From Planctomycetota bacterium (GTDB lineage: Bacteria; Planctomycetota; JAJSAM01; JAJVHW01): DNA of 64,000 bases. The DNA lies in the NCBI GenBank assembly GCA_965248445.1, contig CBDFJG010000004.1:160001-224000 (forward strand), written 5' to 3'. Below the pieces are notes generated by a model, which did no database searches, had not been told where the DNA came from, and saw only the letters and a program-made list of their open reading frames with translations. Made by a program: the position numbers and the translations under genes. Positions 1-9,772 of the stretch are shown one piece after another (positions within the stretch are counted from its first letter, which is position 1; every line of letters starts with the position of its first letter).

Positions 1-1
1 G

Positions 2-136
2 GGCCTGATCTGGCTTTTCACCGGAGGGTTCTTCCTGATCGGTCAGATCGTCGACCTCTTCCTGATCCCCGTGATCATCGACGAGGAGAACCGCGAACCC
101 GGCTACGCGCCGGCATACGCCCTGGGCGCTGGCTGA
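2..136 (+). CDS. C-terminal fragment of a TM2-domain membrane protein (5' end outside window)
   Basis: Frame 2 reads GLIWLFTGGFFLIGQIVDLFLIP...GAG*, matching the TM2 C-terminal pattern (LxTxGxxxIGxxxDLFLIP). Confidence 0.7.
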   Translation, partial: GLIWLFTGGFFLIGQIVDLFLIPVIIDEENREPGYAPAYALGAG

Positions 137-169
137 CGTTCCCCAAGGCGTCGCGGTAGCCTGCGCGGC

Positions 170-1024
170 GTGATGAGCACCGCCTTCCTGAACGGGCAGT
201 TCATGCCGCTCGGTGACGTGCGGATCTCGCCGCTCGACCGCGGGTTTCTGTTCGGCGACGGCCTGTACGAGGTCGTCCCGGCCTACGCGGGCACGCTGTT
301 CCATGCTGACGAACACGTCGTGCGGCTCGAGCGAGGCCTGCAGTTCATCAAGCTCGAACTCGGCTGCTACGACTGGCGCGGCCTGCTCCGCGACATGGTC
401 GCGCGCAACGGGGGCGGCACACTGAGCGTGTACGTGCAGGTGACCCGGGGCCCGACGGACCTGCGCACGCACTGGTTCCCGGAGAAGCCGACGCCAACGG
501 TGTTCTCGATGGCGACGCCACTGCGAGGCCCCGCGGCCGAAGCGCTGACCAACGGTGTGAGCACGACGGTCGTACCGGACATCCGGTGGGGCGCCTGCAA
601 CATCAAGGCACTGACGCTGCTACCCAACGTGCTGGCGCGGCAGGCCGCCATCGACGCCGGCACGAGCGATGCGATCCTCGTCCGGGACGGGCTGCTGACC
701 GAGACGACTGCGGGCAACCTGTTCCTCGTGAAGGACGGCGAATTGCTGACGCCGATCGCCGACAACCGCATCCTCCCCGGCGTCACGCGAACGGTGCTGA
801 TCGACCTCGCGCGGGCCGGCGGCATCACGGTGCGCGAGGAGGACCTGCCTGGGGAGCGTCTCGACGACGCCGACGAAGTCTGGCTCTCGAGCACGACGCG
901 GGACGCGCTGCCCGTGACCAGCATCGACGGGCGGCCGGTCGGCGACGGGCGACCGGGACCGCTCTGGCGCCGCATGTGGGACGCGTTCCAAACCCACAAG
1001 CGCGAAGTCTGCGGACTGGACTGA
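170..1024 (+). CDS. dat: D-amino acid aminotransferase (PLP fold-type IV)
   Basis: DRGFLFGDGLYEV, PDIRWGACNIK (PLP Lys), ILPGVTR and GRPGP motifs. Confidence 0.85.
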   Translation: MMSTAFLNGQFMPLGDVRISPLDRGFLFGDGLYEVVPAYAGTLFHADEHVVRLERGLQFIKLELGCYDWRGLLRDMVARNGGGTLSVYVQVTRGPTDLRTHWFPEKPTPTVFSMATPLRGPAAEALTNGVSTTVVPDIRWGACNIKALTLLPNVLARQAAIDAGTSDAILVRDGLLTETTAGNLFLVKDGELLTPIADNRILPGVTRTVLIDLARAGGITVREEDLPGERLDDADEVWLSSTTRDALPVTSIDGRPVGDGRPGPLWRRMWDAFQTHKREVCGLD

Positions 1025-1028
1025 GCCG

Positions 1029-2015
1029 CTAGCGGGCGCGCGCCCACTCGAGCGCCATCGCCAGTGCCGCCTGCGTGACGCGGCGCATGAACGTGAAGTC
1101 GAGCGTGTCGATCGTGTCGTGCGACGTGTGGTAGTGCGGGTTCCGGAAGTTCGCCGTGTCGCTCAGCATCAGCCCGTGCAGGCCGCGCTCCCAGTACGCC
1201 TGGTGGTCGCTCCTCGCGGCGTCGCCGAAGAAGCCTCCGAGGCGGTTCAGGCTGTAGTAGTCGAGGTCCGGCACGTAGTCGTCGGCGGCGCGCTCGAACA
1301 CGTTACCGATCCAGCCGCTGCGCAGGTTCCCGACCACCGCGATGAAGTTGCCGACCGTCGGCGGCTCGAGAAGCAACGGGATGCGAACGGGCGTCTTCTG
1401 TGATCCCTCCTCCGCGTTCGTGTAGCCGATCATCTCGAGAGAGACGAAACCCGCGACGCGGCCGGCCTCGCCGTTCAGCACGCGCTCGGCGTGGTGGCGG
1501 CTGCCGCCGAGTCCGTCCTCTTCCTGCGCGAGGAAGATGAACCGGAGGGTGCGCTCCGTGTTGGTGCCGGCCGCAGTGCGCGCGATCTCCAGCAGGCCCG
1601 CAACGGCACTGCCGTTGTCGTCCGCGCCCGGTGAACCCGGAACGGTGTCGTAGTGCGCGCCGATCTCGAGGACGCGGTCGGGTTCGCTCTCGCCGCGGAC
1701 CTCCACGATGACGTTCGTGTGCTCGCGATCCTCGGTGAAGATCTTGTCTCCGTCCCGCACGGTGGTCGACGCGACGAAGGTCTCGAGCATCGGAACGTGA
1801 CCGGCGGCCGACAGGCGGTCCACGAGATATGCAACGGTGCGCGTCATCGCGTCGCCGTCGTAGCCCGGCCGTGGTCCGTCTCGTGTCAGAGCCTCCACGT
1901 GCCCGCGCAGCAGCTCGTCGGAGACGTTGTCCACACGTGCGGCGATGACTGGATTCGTCACCGCTGCGCACCCCGCGAGCAGCGCGGCGACGAGAAGCAC
2001 CCGGAGTGCACGCAC
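1029..2015 (-). CDS. M28 family peptidase, lipoprotein
   Basis: Lipobox LAGC; GAHYD, GADDNGS, QEEDG, RSDH and PHYHT zinc-ligand motifs. Confidence 0.85.
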   Translation of the reverse strand: MRALRVLLVAALLAGCAAVTNPVIAARVDNVSDELLRGHVEALTRDGPRPGYDGDAMTRTVAYLVDRLSAAGHVPMLETFVASTTVRDGDKIFTEDREHTNVIVEVRGESEPDRVLEIGAHYDTVPGSPGADDNGSAVAGLLEIARTAAGTNTERTLRFIFLAQEEDGLGGSRHHAERVLNGEAGRVAGFVSLEMIGYTNAEEGSQKTPVRIPLLLEPPTVGNFIAVVGNLRSGWIGNVFERAADDYVPDLDYYSLNRLGGFFGDAARSDHQAYWERGLHGLMLSDTANFRNPHYHTSHDTIDTLDFTFMRRVTQAALAMALEWARAR

Positions 2016-2019
2016 GCGG

Positions 2020-3303
2020 TCACTCGTAGCGCAGCGCCTGGATCGGGTCGAGGTGGCTCGCGCGCCACGCAGGGAACAACCCCGAGAAGATCCCGACGAG
2101 CGCCGACACCGCGAGCGCCCACAGCGCGACGTCGAGCGTGAACTTCGCTTCCCAGCCCGTGTACCACTCCATCAGGTGGACTCCGCCCTGGCCGACCAGC
2201 ACGCCGAGGATCCCACCCGTCGCGGCGAGCATCACGGTCTCCATGAGGAACTGCCCCATGATGTGCCGTCGTTTGGCGCCGATGGCGCGGCGCACGCCGA
2301 TCTCCCGCGTCCGCTCGGTGACCGTCGCCAGCATGATATTCGCGATGCCGATGCCTCCGACCAGCAGCGAGATGCCTGCGATCAGGAGCAGCGCGATGTT
2401 GAACACCGCCTGGTACTTGCGCCGCTGCTCCAGCAGTTCGAGCGGTACGACCAGTTCGTAGTCGCGGTTCTCGTGCAGCTTGTCCAGCAGCGTGCGCAGC
2501 ATGTGCGCCACCGGGATCACGGACTGCTGGTCCTTCACCTCCACGACGATCTGGTTGAGCTCGATGTTCGTGGATTGGTACGAGCCGCTGGCGCGCGACA
2601 CGGAGCGTGTGCCGATTCGCGTGAGAACCGTCGAGTAGGGCACGTAGATCTCGTTGTCCCGGCGCTCCGGCGCGGCCAGCGCCTTGCGCATCAGGCCCTG
2701 GAACTCCTCGTCGTGCAGGATGCCGACGACCTCGTACACCTGTTCGCCAACGCGGATCTTGTGACCCAGCGGATCGCCGTAGTGCCCGAGCGCCCGCAAC
2801 AACTGTTGGTGCACGACTGCAACGGGCCGCCGCTCGCGCTCGTCATCGGCGGTGATGCCGCGGCCCCGCGCGACGGCGAACTTCACGGCGGGGAAGTAGT
2901 CGGGAGTGATCCCGACGACGAGCACGTCTTCCTTGAGGCTGCCCTCCCACGCGCTCTCGGTGTACGAGTGGACCGGCAGCGCGCGGATCAAGCCGGGCAC
3001 TGTCTCGATGATCTGGTCGTAATCCGCGAATGTGAGGCCGTAGCTCAGCGTCCATGAGCGCTCGGTGTTGGCGCTGCGATCCTCGGGCGGCTTCACGCTG
3101 TTGACGATGACGTTGGTGATGCCGAGCTGATCGATCTCGCGGAGGATCTCCTCCTCGGCGCCGCGGCCGAGCGCCATCATCGTGACGACCGACGCGATCC
3201 CGAAGACGACACCCAGCGTGGTGAGCAGCGAGCGAAGCGCGTACCCGCGCAGGTTGCGCAGAGAGAGCGCAGCGGTCTCCAGCAGACGGATGAAGAACGT
3301 CAC
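2020..3303 (-). CDS. MacB/FtsX-family ABC transporter permease
   Basis: RSLLTTLGVVFGIASV, GGIGIANIMLATVTERTREIGVRRAIGA and C-terminal LDPIQALRYE. Confidence 0.92.
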   Translation of the reverse strand: MTFFIRLLETAALSLRNLRGYALRSLLTTLGVVFGIASVVTMMALGRGAEEEILREIDQLGITNVIVNSVKPPEDRSANTERSWTLSYGLTFADYDQIIETVPGLIRALPVHSYTESAWEGSLKEDVLVVGITPDYFPAVKFAVARGRGITADDERERRPVAVVHQQLLRALGHYGDPLGHKIRVGEQVYEVVGILHDEEFQGLMRKALAAPERRDNEIYVPYSTVLTRIGTRSVSRASGSYQSTNIELNQIVVEVKDQQSVIPVAHMLRTLLDKLHENRDYELVVPLELLEQRRKYQAVFNIALLLIAGISLLVGGIGIANIMLATVTERTREIGVRRAIGAKRRHIMGQFLMETVMLAATGGILGVLVGQGGVHLMEWYTGWEAKFTLDVALWALAVSALVGIFSGLFPAWRASHLDPIQALRYE

Positions 3304-4004
3304 CCCACCGACTCCATGCGGCGGTCGCTGGTCACCAGTCCGTCGCTGAGCTGGACCACGCGCGGAGCGTGGTCGGCGATGGCCGGGTCGTGCGTGATCA
3401 GCACGACGGTGCGTCCCTCGTCGTGGATGTCCTCGATCAGCGCGAGGATCGACTTGCCGGTCTCCGAGTCCAGGTTGCCGGTCGGTTCGTCGGCGAGCAG
3501 CAGCGGCGGATCGTGCACGAGCGCCCGCGCGATCGCACCGCGCTGCTGCTCACCGCCGGAGAGCTGCGTCGGGCGATGGGTGAGCCGATGTCCCAGTCCC
3601 ACGCGTTCGAGTGCCGCCTTGGCCGCCTCGTGGCGCCGCCACCTCGGGACCCCCGCGTAGTAGAGCGGGACCTCGACGTTCTCGAGGATCGTGAGCTGCG
3701 GGATCAGCTGGAACGACTGGAAGACGAACCCGATCTCGCGAAGACGCAGTTCCGACAGCTCTGAGTCGCGCATCGCGAGGACGTTGCGCCCTCCGAGCGC
3801 GTACGAACCCTGTCCGGGCCGGTCCAGGCAGCCGAGAATCGCGAGCAGCGTGCTCTTGCCCGAGCCGGATGCACCGACGATCGCCATGTACTCACCGGCG
3901 TCGACCGCGAGGTCGATGCCGCGCAGCACCTCGACACGCGCGTCGCCCTCGCCGTACCACCGATGCACGTCGCGCGCCGCGATCAGCGGAGTGCCGGCTT
4001 CCAT
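3300..4004 (-). CDS. ABC transporter ATP-binding protein (LolD/MacB type)
   Basis: Walker A GASGSGKST, LSGGEQQR, LLADEPTGNLD, ITHD; start moved to ATG 4004 (MEAGTP). Confidence 0.92.
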   Translation of the reverse strand: MEAGTPLIAARDVHRWYGEGDARVEVLRGIDLAVDAGEYMAIVGASGSGKSTLLAILGCLDRPGQGSYALGGRNVLAMRDSELSELRLREIGFVFQSFQLIPQLTILENVEVPLYYAGVPRWRRHEAAKAALERVGLGHRLTHRPTQLSGGEQQRGAIARALVHDPPLLLADEPTGNLDSETGKSILALIEDIHDEGRTVVLITHDPAIADHAPRVVQLSDGLVTSDRRMESVG

Positions 4005-4017
4005 CTCACAGCTCCCG

Positions 4018-5526
4018 TCAGGGTTTCCCGGGCTTCTTGCCGGGTTGCGGCACGGAGCCGGACGACCCGCTCGGCGAGACGTCGGCTGCGCGCTCGGGGT
4101 TGTAGAGCGCGATGTGTTCACCGGCCGCGAGCCCCTCGGTGACGACGGTGTACTGCCCGTTGCCGGGAGCGATCTTCACGATCGCGCGCTCGAACCCGGT
4201 CGGCGTGCGCTTGAACACCCAGAACTCGCCGCTCTCGGCGAACACCGCCTGTACCGGCACGGCGAGCACGTCCTTCAATTCGTCGACGAGGATCTCGACG
4301 CGCGACGTCAGGCCGGGCTTGAGCTCCAGCGCCTGCAACTCACCGGTGAGCGAGACCTCCACGCGGAAGCGCTTCGTGTTGTCGCCCCACCGCCGACGCT
4401 GCGCGTTGGGGACAAGCGCCACCTTGGTGACCTCGGCGTCGAGCGTGCGGTTGCGGGCGGTCTCGACGGTCACGAAGGCCTTCTGGCCCGTCGCCATCCG
4501 GGAGATGTCGGCCTCGTGGATGGCCAGCACGACCTGCATCTCTGAGAGGTCCGGCAGGGTGAGGAACGCCTGCTTGGAGTACACGGTTTCGCCGACCTTG
4601 ATCTCGCGGTCTTCCCAGGGATTGCGCGCGTCGCCGTACACCACGATGCCTGGCCCCGGCGCGCGAATAACCATGTTCTCGAGGTTCGTATTCTGCTCGG
4701 TGAGCCGCGTGACGACGTTCTCGCGCTCGCGCTTCTGCCGATCCACGTTCGAGCGCTTCTGCGCCTCACGCGCCCTGCCGCGCTGCTTCACGCGGTCCAC
4801 CGCGAGCTCGGCGTTACGGACGTCGGCTTCGCGCTGCTGCAACTCCTTCGGCGCCGTGTACCTGAGGTACGTGGAGAGATCGAGCTTGGCGAGCTCGAGG
4901 TCGGACTCCGCCTTCACCTGGTTGATGCGCTCTTCCTCGACCTGTTCCGACGTGACGAAGCCCTCCTCGAGGAGCGCGGGCATCTGCTGGTACTTGCGTC
5001 GTGCGCGCTCGAGCGAGGACGTCGCCTCCTCCACCTTCGTGGTCTTGCGGGTCTGCTCCTGGACGAACTCGCCCTTCTGGTAGCGCTCCAGCTCGACGTG
5101 CGCGAACTTGAGTTCCAGCTCGGCGTCCTGCTGGTCCGCTTCGTTCTGACTGAGCTGGATCTCAAGTTCCGCGTCGGCGGCGGCCACTTCGGCCTGCAGC
5201 TGGATGACGCGATCCTCGAGCTGGCCGATCTCCTTGACGACCGACGTGGAGTCGAGTTCGCAGAGGATGTCGCCCGCCGCGACCGTCTTCCCCTCGTCGA
5301 CGAGCTGCATGATCTTCGCCTGCCCGGGGATCGCCGAGCGGATGAGGATCTGGTTCGTGGCCTTGAGCGTGCCCTTCTCGGTCACGGTGACGCGCAGGTC
5401 GCGACGTGCGACCTCGAACGTCGCAACGGCGGGCACGTTGCCCGCATCGGAGGAATCGCCACAAGCGGGCACGACGAGCGTGGCCGTGAGCACGAGCGCC
5501 ATCAGGCCGCGCGTCATTCGTTCCAC
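4018..5526 (-). CDS. Periplasmic adaptor (HlyD/MacA-family membrane fusion protein) with long coiled-coil hairpin
   Basis: VDEGKTVAAGDILCELD and IRAPGPGIVVY lipoyl half-motifs, LKPGLT, VLAVPVQAV; lies between TolC and ABC genes. Confidence 0.88.
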   Translation of the reverse strand: MERMTRGLMALVLTATLVVPACGDSSDAGNVPAVATFEVARRDLRVTVTEKGTLKATNQILIRSAIPGQAKIMQLVDEGKTVAAGDILCELDSTSVVKEIGQLEDRVIQLQAEVAAADAELEIQLSQNEADQQDAELELKFAHVELERYQKGEFVQEQTRKTTKVEEATSSLERARRKYQQMPALLEEGFVTSEQVEEERINQVKAESDLELAKLDLSTYLRYTAPKELQQREADVRNAELAVDRVKQRGRAREAQKRSNVDRQKRERENVVTRLTEQNTNLENMVIRAPGPGIVVYGDARNPWEDREIKVGETVYSKQAFLTLPDLSEMQVVLAIHEADISRMATGQKAFVTVETARNRTLDAEVTKVALVPNAQRRRWGDNTKRFRVEVSLTGELQALELKPGLTSRVEILVDELKDVLAVPVQAVFAESGEFWVFKRTPTGFERAIVKIAPGNGQYTVVTEGLAAGEHIALYNPERAADVSPSGSSGSVPQPGKKPGKP

Positions 5527-7115
5527 GTGCCGTCCTCCTCGATCACGAGCACACCCAGATCGCGCACGAGCTGCAGTCGCGCCGTCTCGACGTTCGTCTG
5601 CTCCCTGACGTGCCGGTCGCTCGCATCGGTCAGGCCGGTCAAGGCGTCGGTCAAGTCGTTGATGCCGATCTCGCCCTGCTCGAAGCGTAGTCTCGCCACC
5701 TTCGCGTTCTTTTCCTCGCTCGCCACGATCTGCTCCTGGATCGCCAGGCTGTTCGTGGCCGACCGCAGGTCTCGCAGCGACTCGCGGACCTCGAGGATCA
5801 CGTTGTCTTCGAGCAGAGCCAAGCTCCGGCGGGCGCGGGAGACCGAGATCTTCGCTGACCGGAGTGCTCCACGCTCACGGACGCGGTCCAGAGGAAGCTC
5901 GAGCGACACGCCCACCGAGTACGAATCGCGGTCGAGAGTCAGGTCGTTGATGCGGCGCTCGGTGTCCCGGCGGGTCCGCACCGCCTCGAGTTCCAGCGAC
6001 GGCAGCAGATCCCGCTCCGCGATGCGCAGGCGGCGCTCGGAGTCCTCGACCTGATTGCGGCTCGTCATCACATCCAGCCTGTTCCGCAGCGCCACGTTGA
6101 TCGCGTCTTCGAGGTCGAGGTCCATCGCGCGCGGGTCGGGGATCTCGTCTAGAACGTCGAACTGCACCGCGGACTCGATCCCGAGCAGGATCTTGAACCG
6201 GTCAAGGCGCGCGGCGAACTCCTGCGTCGCATCGATGAGGGCGTTCTCGGAGGTCAGGTACTCGCGCGCCGCTCGGAACTTGTCCACCTCGGAGACGCGG
6301 CCGACTTCGAACAGGCGCACCGAGCGCTTCTGCAGGAACTCAAAGTTCTCCAGTGAGACCTCGCGGTTCGTGATGACCGCCTTCTGCGAAACCAGCGAGT
6401 AGAACTCGCGCTGCACGCGAAGAGCTAGGTCCTGGCGCTGCAGTTCGAAGTTGCGGACGTCGTAGAGCGCCTGCCGCTCAGCATCTGTGAGGGCCTCGTG
6501 CGACGCCTCGTACCCCGCGTCCCGCAGCAGCGGCTGTGTGAGACGGAGAGAGATCGACCCGTCGGCAGAGGAGTTCTCCGCGGTGAACGCGCGCGAGCCG
6601 CGGCCGTGACCCCGGTCCACGTCGCCGGTCAGGCTGAGTTCGCCTCCAGTCGGCAGGAGGTCCGTTGCGGAAAGCGACACACCCTGCTCCTCGGACTGCT
6701 CGGCGTCGTCGCTGCCCGCGAGCAGGTACGAGATCGAGCCGGCCAGTCGCACGCCGACGTCGCGCTCGGCGTTGCGCAACGAGACCGCCGAGAGTTGGAG
6801 GCCCTCGCGCGCCTGGATGAGGTCGCGATTCCGCAGAGCGGCGATGCGCAGCGCGTCCTCCAGGCCGACGACCGGCGGCAGCTCGACGTCAGGCAGTTCG
6901 CGGCCCGCGCGCTCCGCCGTCGCGGTCGCGGCGCGGGCCGTGGCGCGCTCCTCGCGCACCTGCGCGTCGAGCCGGTCGAGGATCTCGGCTGTCTCGACGC
7001 GGCTCTTCTCGAGCATGCTCGCGGCGCAGCCCGTCAGCGCCACGGACACGACCGTCGCAGCCAGGGCGCGAGCGAGCGCGCCGACCCGTCCCTTTTCACC
7101 GCGTGCGGAGGCCAT
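5514..7115 (-). CDS. TolC-family outer membrane efflux protein, probable lipoprotein
   Basis: Two OEP-like repeats (LEDALRIAALRNRDL; LEDAINVALRNRLDV), LTQPLLR, lipobox LTGC. Start uncertain: ATG 7115 or GTG 7196. Confidence 0.85.
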   Translation of the reverse strand: MASARGEKGRVGALARALAATVVSVALTGCAASMLEKSRVETAEILDRLDAQVREERATARAATATAERAGRELPDVELPPVVGLEDALRIAALRNRDLIQAREGLQLSAVSLRNAERDVGVRLAGSISYLLAGSDDAEQSEEQGVSLSATDLLPTGGELSLTGDVDRGHGRGSRAFTAENSSADGSISLRLTQPLLRDAGYEASHEALTDAERQALYDVRNFELQRQDLALRVQREFYSLVSQKAVITNREVSLENFEFLQKRSVRLFEVGRVSEVDKFRAAREYLTSENALIDATQEFAARLDRFKILLGIESAVQFDVLDEIPDPRAMDLDLEDAINVALRNRLDVMTSRNQVEDSERRLRIAERDLLPSLELEAVRTRRDTERRINDLTLDRDSYSVGVSLELPLDRVRERGALRSAKISVSRARRSLALLEDNVILEVRESLRDLRSATNSLAIQEQIVASEEKNAKVARLRFEQGEIGINDLTDALTGLTDASDRHVREQTNVETARLQLVRDLGVLVIEEDGTWNE

Positions 7116-7164
7116 CCGGGCATTGGACGACCCCCTCGCAGAGCCATGCCACGGAAAAGCCGGC

Positions 7165-8535
7165 TCAGCGGGCGATGCGATGGACTCGGTACTCACGGCC
7201 GTCCCGGAGCACCTCGTACGCGGTCCCGCCGAGCGACACCGTGCCTGGCGGGAACTCGGCCAGGCGGTGGATCAGGAACTCCGGCGCAGGATCCGAGTCG
7301 CGGGCACGGATCACCCTGCGATCGAAGCCGAGCGCCCACTGAACCTCCGGCGCGACGCAAGCGGTGCGCTTGCGGATGCCGGGAACCTCGGCCACGGCGC
7401 GCAAGACCTCGTTCTCCCACGCACCGTGGCGCGGATCGTTCACGACGGTGTGGACGACGTGCACGACCCCGATCACCGCGAGAAGCAGCGGCACCAGCGC
7501 GCACCACGCCAGCTTGTCCACGCGCACCCGCGGCGTTGCCACCGCCGGGATCGTCGCCAGTGCAAGAGCCGGCAGCAGCCAGACCCCGAGAGGATCGCGG
7601 ATACCGGGGGCCGCCAAGAGGAACGTCGCTACGCCGCCGGCCGCGTACACGGACACGACCCGCCGGGAGCCGCGGGTCTTTGCACAGTGCACGACGCCGG
7701 TGATCGCCGTCGCCACGGCGACCGCGGTCAGTGCGACGTCGAACCAGCGTCCCGCCGCGATCAGGTCGAGGATGTTACGGAGAAAGCCGCCGGCCGGGAC
7801 GTTCGTCAGCCCGTCCAACCAGTCGTTCACGAGCTTCGCGTACGAGCCACGATAGCCCAGGACGGAGAGGGCGCCGGCGCCGGCCGCCGCGAGCCACGGC
7901 AGAGCGAAGACAACCGGCATGTCCCGCGCGACGCGGTCGTGCGAACCGAACCACAGCGCCGCGATCGCCGCCATCCCCATCAGCAGACCAGCAGGATGGA
8001 TGACCGCCCCGGTGGCCAGGAACCCGTGCGCGACGAAGATCCACATGCTCTCTTGCGTGTCCCGCCATCTCAGATGGAGGTGCAGCGCGGCACACACGAG
8101 CAACAGGCCCAGGGCGGCGGGGTGGATCGTGGCGGCGGCCAGTAACAGCGGCAGCGAGAGCGCCGTCAGGAGCAACGAGAATCGCGAGCCCGACGGATCC
8201 GAGCCGATCCGTTTCAACACCACGGAGAGGATGAAGACCGCGGCAAGTGCGGAGAGCGCCCCCAGCACGCGCCCCCAGATCACGTTGATCCCGGTCGGCG
8301 CGAACCAGGCAGCCAGCAGGACGGCGTAGCCCTCTCGGAATGCCGCGTGGAGAGGCCTGCCGCCCCTCCCGTCGACACCCAGCGCCATGAAAGCGCCGTC
8401 TTCACGAAACGTCGCAGCCGGCCCGGTCACCACGGCCTCGATCGCCTGCGGTGCCTCGAATCCTGCGAGCGCGATGCACAGCAGGGCCGCTACTGCGAGT
8501 GACGAATACACGGTCGGGGGTGTCGGGAGCCGCAC
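7165..8535 (-). CDS. Multi-pass membrane protein, possibly GT-C (ArnT-like) fold
   Basis: Many hydrophobic segments plus a soluble C-terminal tail; first gene of the export operon; GTG 8535 lies 8 nt after a TAGCAT hexamer. Confidence 0.55.
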   Translation of the reverse strand: MRLPTPPTVYSSLAVAALLCIALAGFEAPQAIEAVVTGPAATFREDGAFMALGVDGRGGRPLHAAFREGYAVLLAAWFAPTGINVIWGRVLGALSALAAVFILSVVLKRIGSDPSGSRFSLLLTALSLPLLLAAATIHPAALGLLLVCAALHLHLRWRDTQESMWIFVAHGFLATGAVIHPAGLLMGMAAIAALWFGSHDRVARDMPVVFALPWLAAAGAGALSVLGYRGSYAKLVNDWLDGLTNVPAGGFLRNILDLIAAGRWFDVALTAVAVATAITGVVHCAKTRGSRRVVSVYAAGGVATFLLAAPGIRDPLGVWLLPALALATIPAVATPRVRVDKLAWCALVPLLLAVIGVVHVVHTVVNDPRHGAWENEVLRAVAEVPGIRKRTACVAPEVQWALGFDRRVIRARDSDPAPEFLIHRLAEFPPGTVSLGGTAYEVLRDGREYRVHRIAR

Positions 8536-8541
8536 GGCGCG

Positions 8542-8562
8542 GGATGCTACCGCGTAGCATCC
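8542..8562. promoter_or_regulatory. Inverted repeat GGATGCTAC-CGC-GTAGCATCC carrying back-to-back TAGCAT -10-like hexamers for two divergent genes
   Basis: Perfect 9-bp inverted repeat in a 31-nt divergent gap; each TAGCAT is 6-8 nt before a GTG start. Confidence 0.5.
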
Positions 8563-8566
8563 GCCG

Positions 8567-9772
8567 GTGCGCAGCGTTGAGATCGCCAAGAAGGACGCCC
8601 GAGCCATCGCCCGGGGCCACCCGTGGGTGTACCGCCAGGCCCTCACGAGGCGCCCGAAGGGCCTCGACACCGGCGATTCCGTGGACGTCGCCACGCCGGT
8701 CCGGCCGTTCCTCGGGCGCGGGCTGTACGACGCAGACTCCACGGTGGCGGTCCGTGTCTTCACCCGCCGGGACGACGAACCGATCGACCGCGCTCTCTTT
8801 GCACGTCGGATCGAGAGCGCTCAGCGCCTGCGCGACGCCACGGGTGTGGCCGGCCGCACGGACGCCTACCGGATGGTGAACGCCGAGGGCGACCGGTTCC
8901 CGGGGCTCATTGTTGATCGCTTGGGCGACTGGCTGTCCGTGACCTACCAGACCAGATCACTGGAGCCCTGGACGGACGACATCGCAGCGGCGCTGACCGA
9001 GGCCGTGCCGTGCGAGGGGGTCTACCTGCACGACGCTGACGGAGTCCGCCTGTTGCACGGCGCACCCTGCCCGGACGGGCTCGTCGTGCGTGAACCGACG
9101 CTGCGAGCGCGGGTCTTTCCGGGCGGAATGGGAAAGAAGGACGAGGGCGGCAAGACGGGCCTCTTCGCGGACATGCGCGAAGTGCGTGTGCTGCTCGCCC
9201 CGATGCTCGCAGGACGACGCGTTCTGAATCTGTTCGCCCACACCGGTGCCTTCAGTGCTGCTGCAGCGCGTGCCGGGGCGTCTGAGGTCACGTCCGTGGA
9301 TCTCTCCAGCCCCTACCTCGCCGTGGCCGACGAGAACGTGGAGTTGTCCGCCCCCGGTTACGCGGCTCACACGGCGCTCAAGCGCGACGCGTTCGACGCG
9401 CTGAAGGACTTCGCACGCGAGGACCGCACGTTCGACGCCGTCGTCATCGACCCGCCCTCGTTCAGCGCATCCCGCCGTTCCGGCACGTTCAACATCCGTG
9501 ACCGCTACCGGCCGCTCGTCCGCAGCGCGATCCGCGTTCTCGCGCCGGACGGCCTTCTCGTGTGCGCCACGAACTTCCGCGGAATCAAACGCGATGAGTT
9601 CCTGCACCTGATCCATGACGCCGCCGACGCGGACGAGACCGATCTCCGAATCCTCGCCGTTCTCGGTCAGGCGGACGACCATCCCGTCGTGTCAGCGTTC
9701 CCCGAAGGTGCCTACCTCCACGTCGCGCTGGCCGCCGTGATCGCGCCACCGCGGTTAAAGTGGAGGCCGTGA
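8567..9772 (+). CDS. rlmI: RlmI/RlmK-family SAM-dependent 23S rRNA methyltransferase
   Basis: GHPWVY PUA-like start, NAEGDRFPGLIVD, KTGLFADMR, VLNLFAHTGAFS, VIDPPSF, DHPV...EGAYL. Confidence 0.82.
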   Translation: MRSVEIAKKDARAIARGHPWVYRQALTRRPKGLDTGDSVDVATPVRPFLGRGLYDADSTVAVRVFTRRDDEPIDRALFARRIESAQRLRDATGVAGRTDAYRMVNAEGDRFPGLIVDRLGDWLSVTYQTRSLEPWTDDIAAALTEAVPCEGVYLHDADGVRLLHGAPCPDGLVVREPTLRARVFPGGMGKKDEGGKTGLFADMREVRVLLAPMLAGRRVLNLFAHTGAFSAAAARAGASEVTSVDLSSPYLAVADENVELSAPGYAAHTALKRDAFDALKDFAREDRTFDAVVIDPPSFSASRRSGTFNIRDRYRPLVRSAIRVLAPDGLLVCATNFRGIKRDEFLHLIHDAADADETDLRILAVLGQADDHPVVSAFPEGAYLHVALAAVIAPPRLKWRP

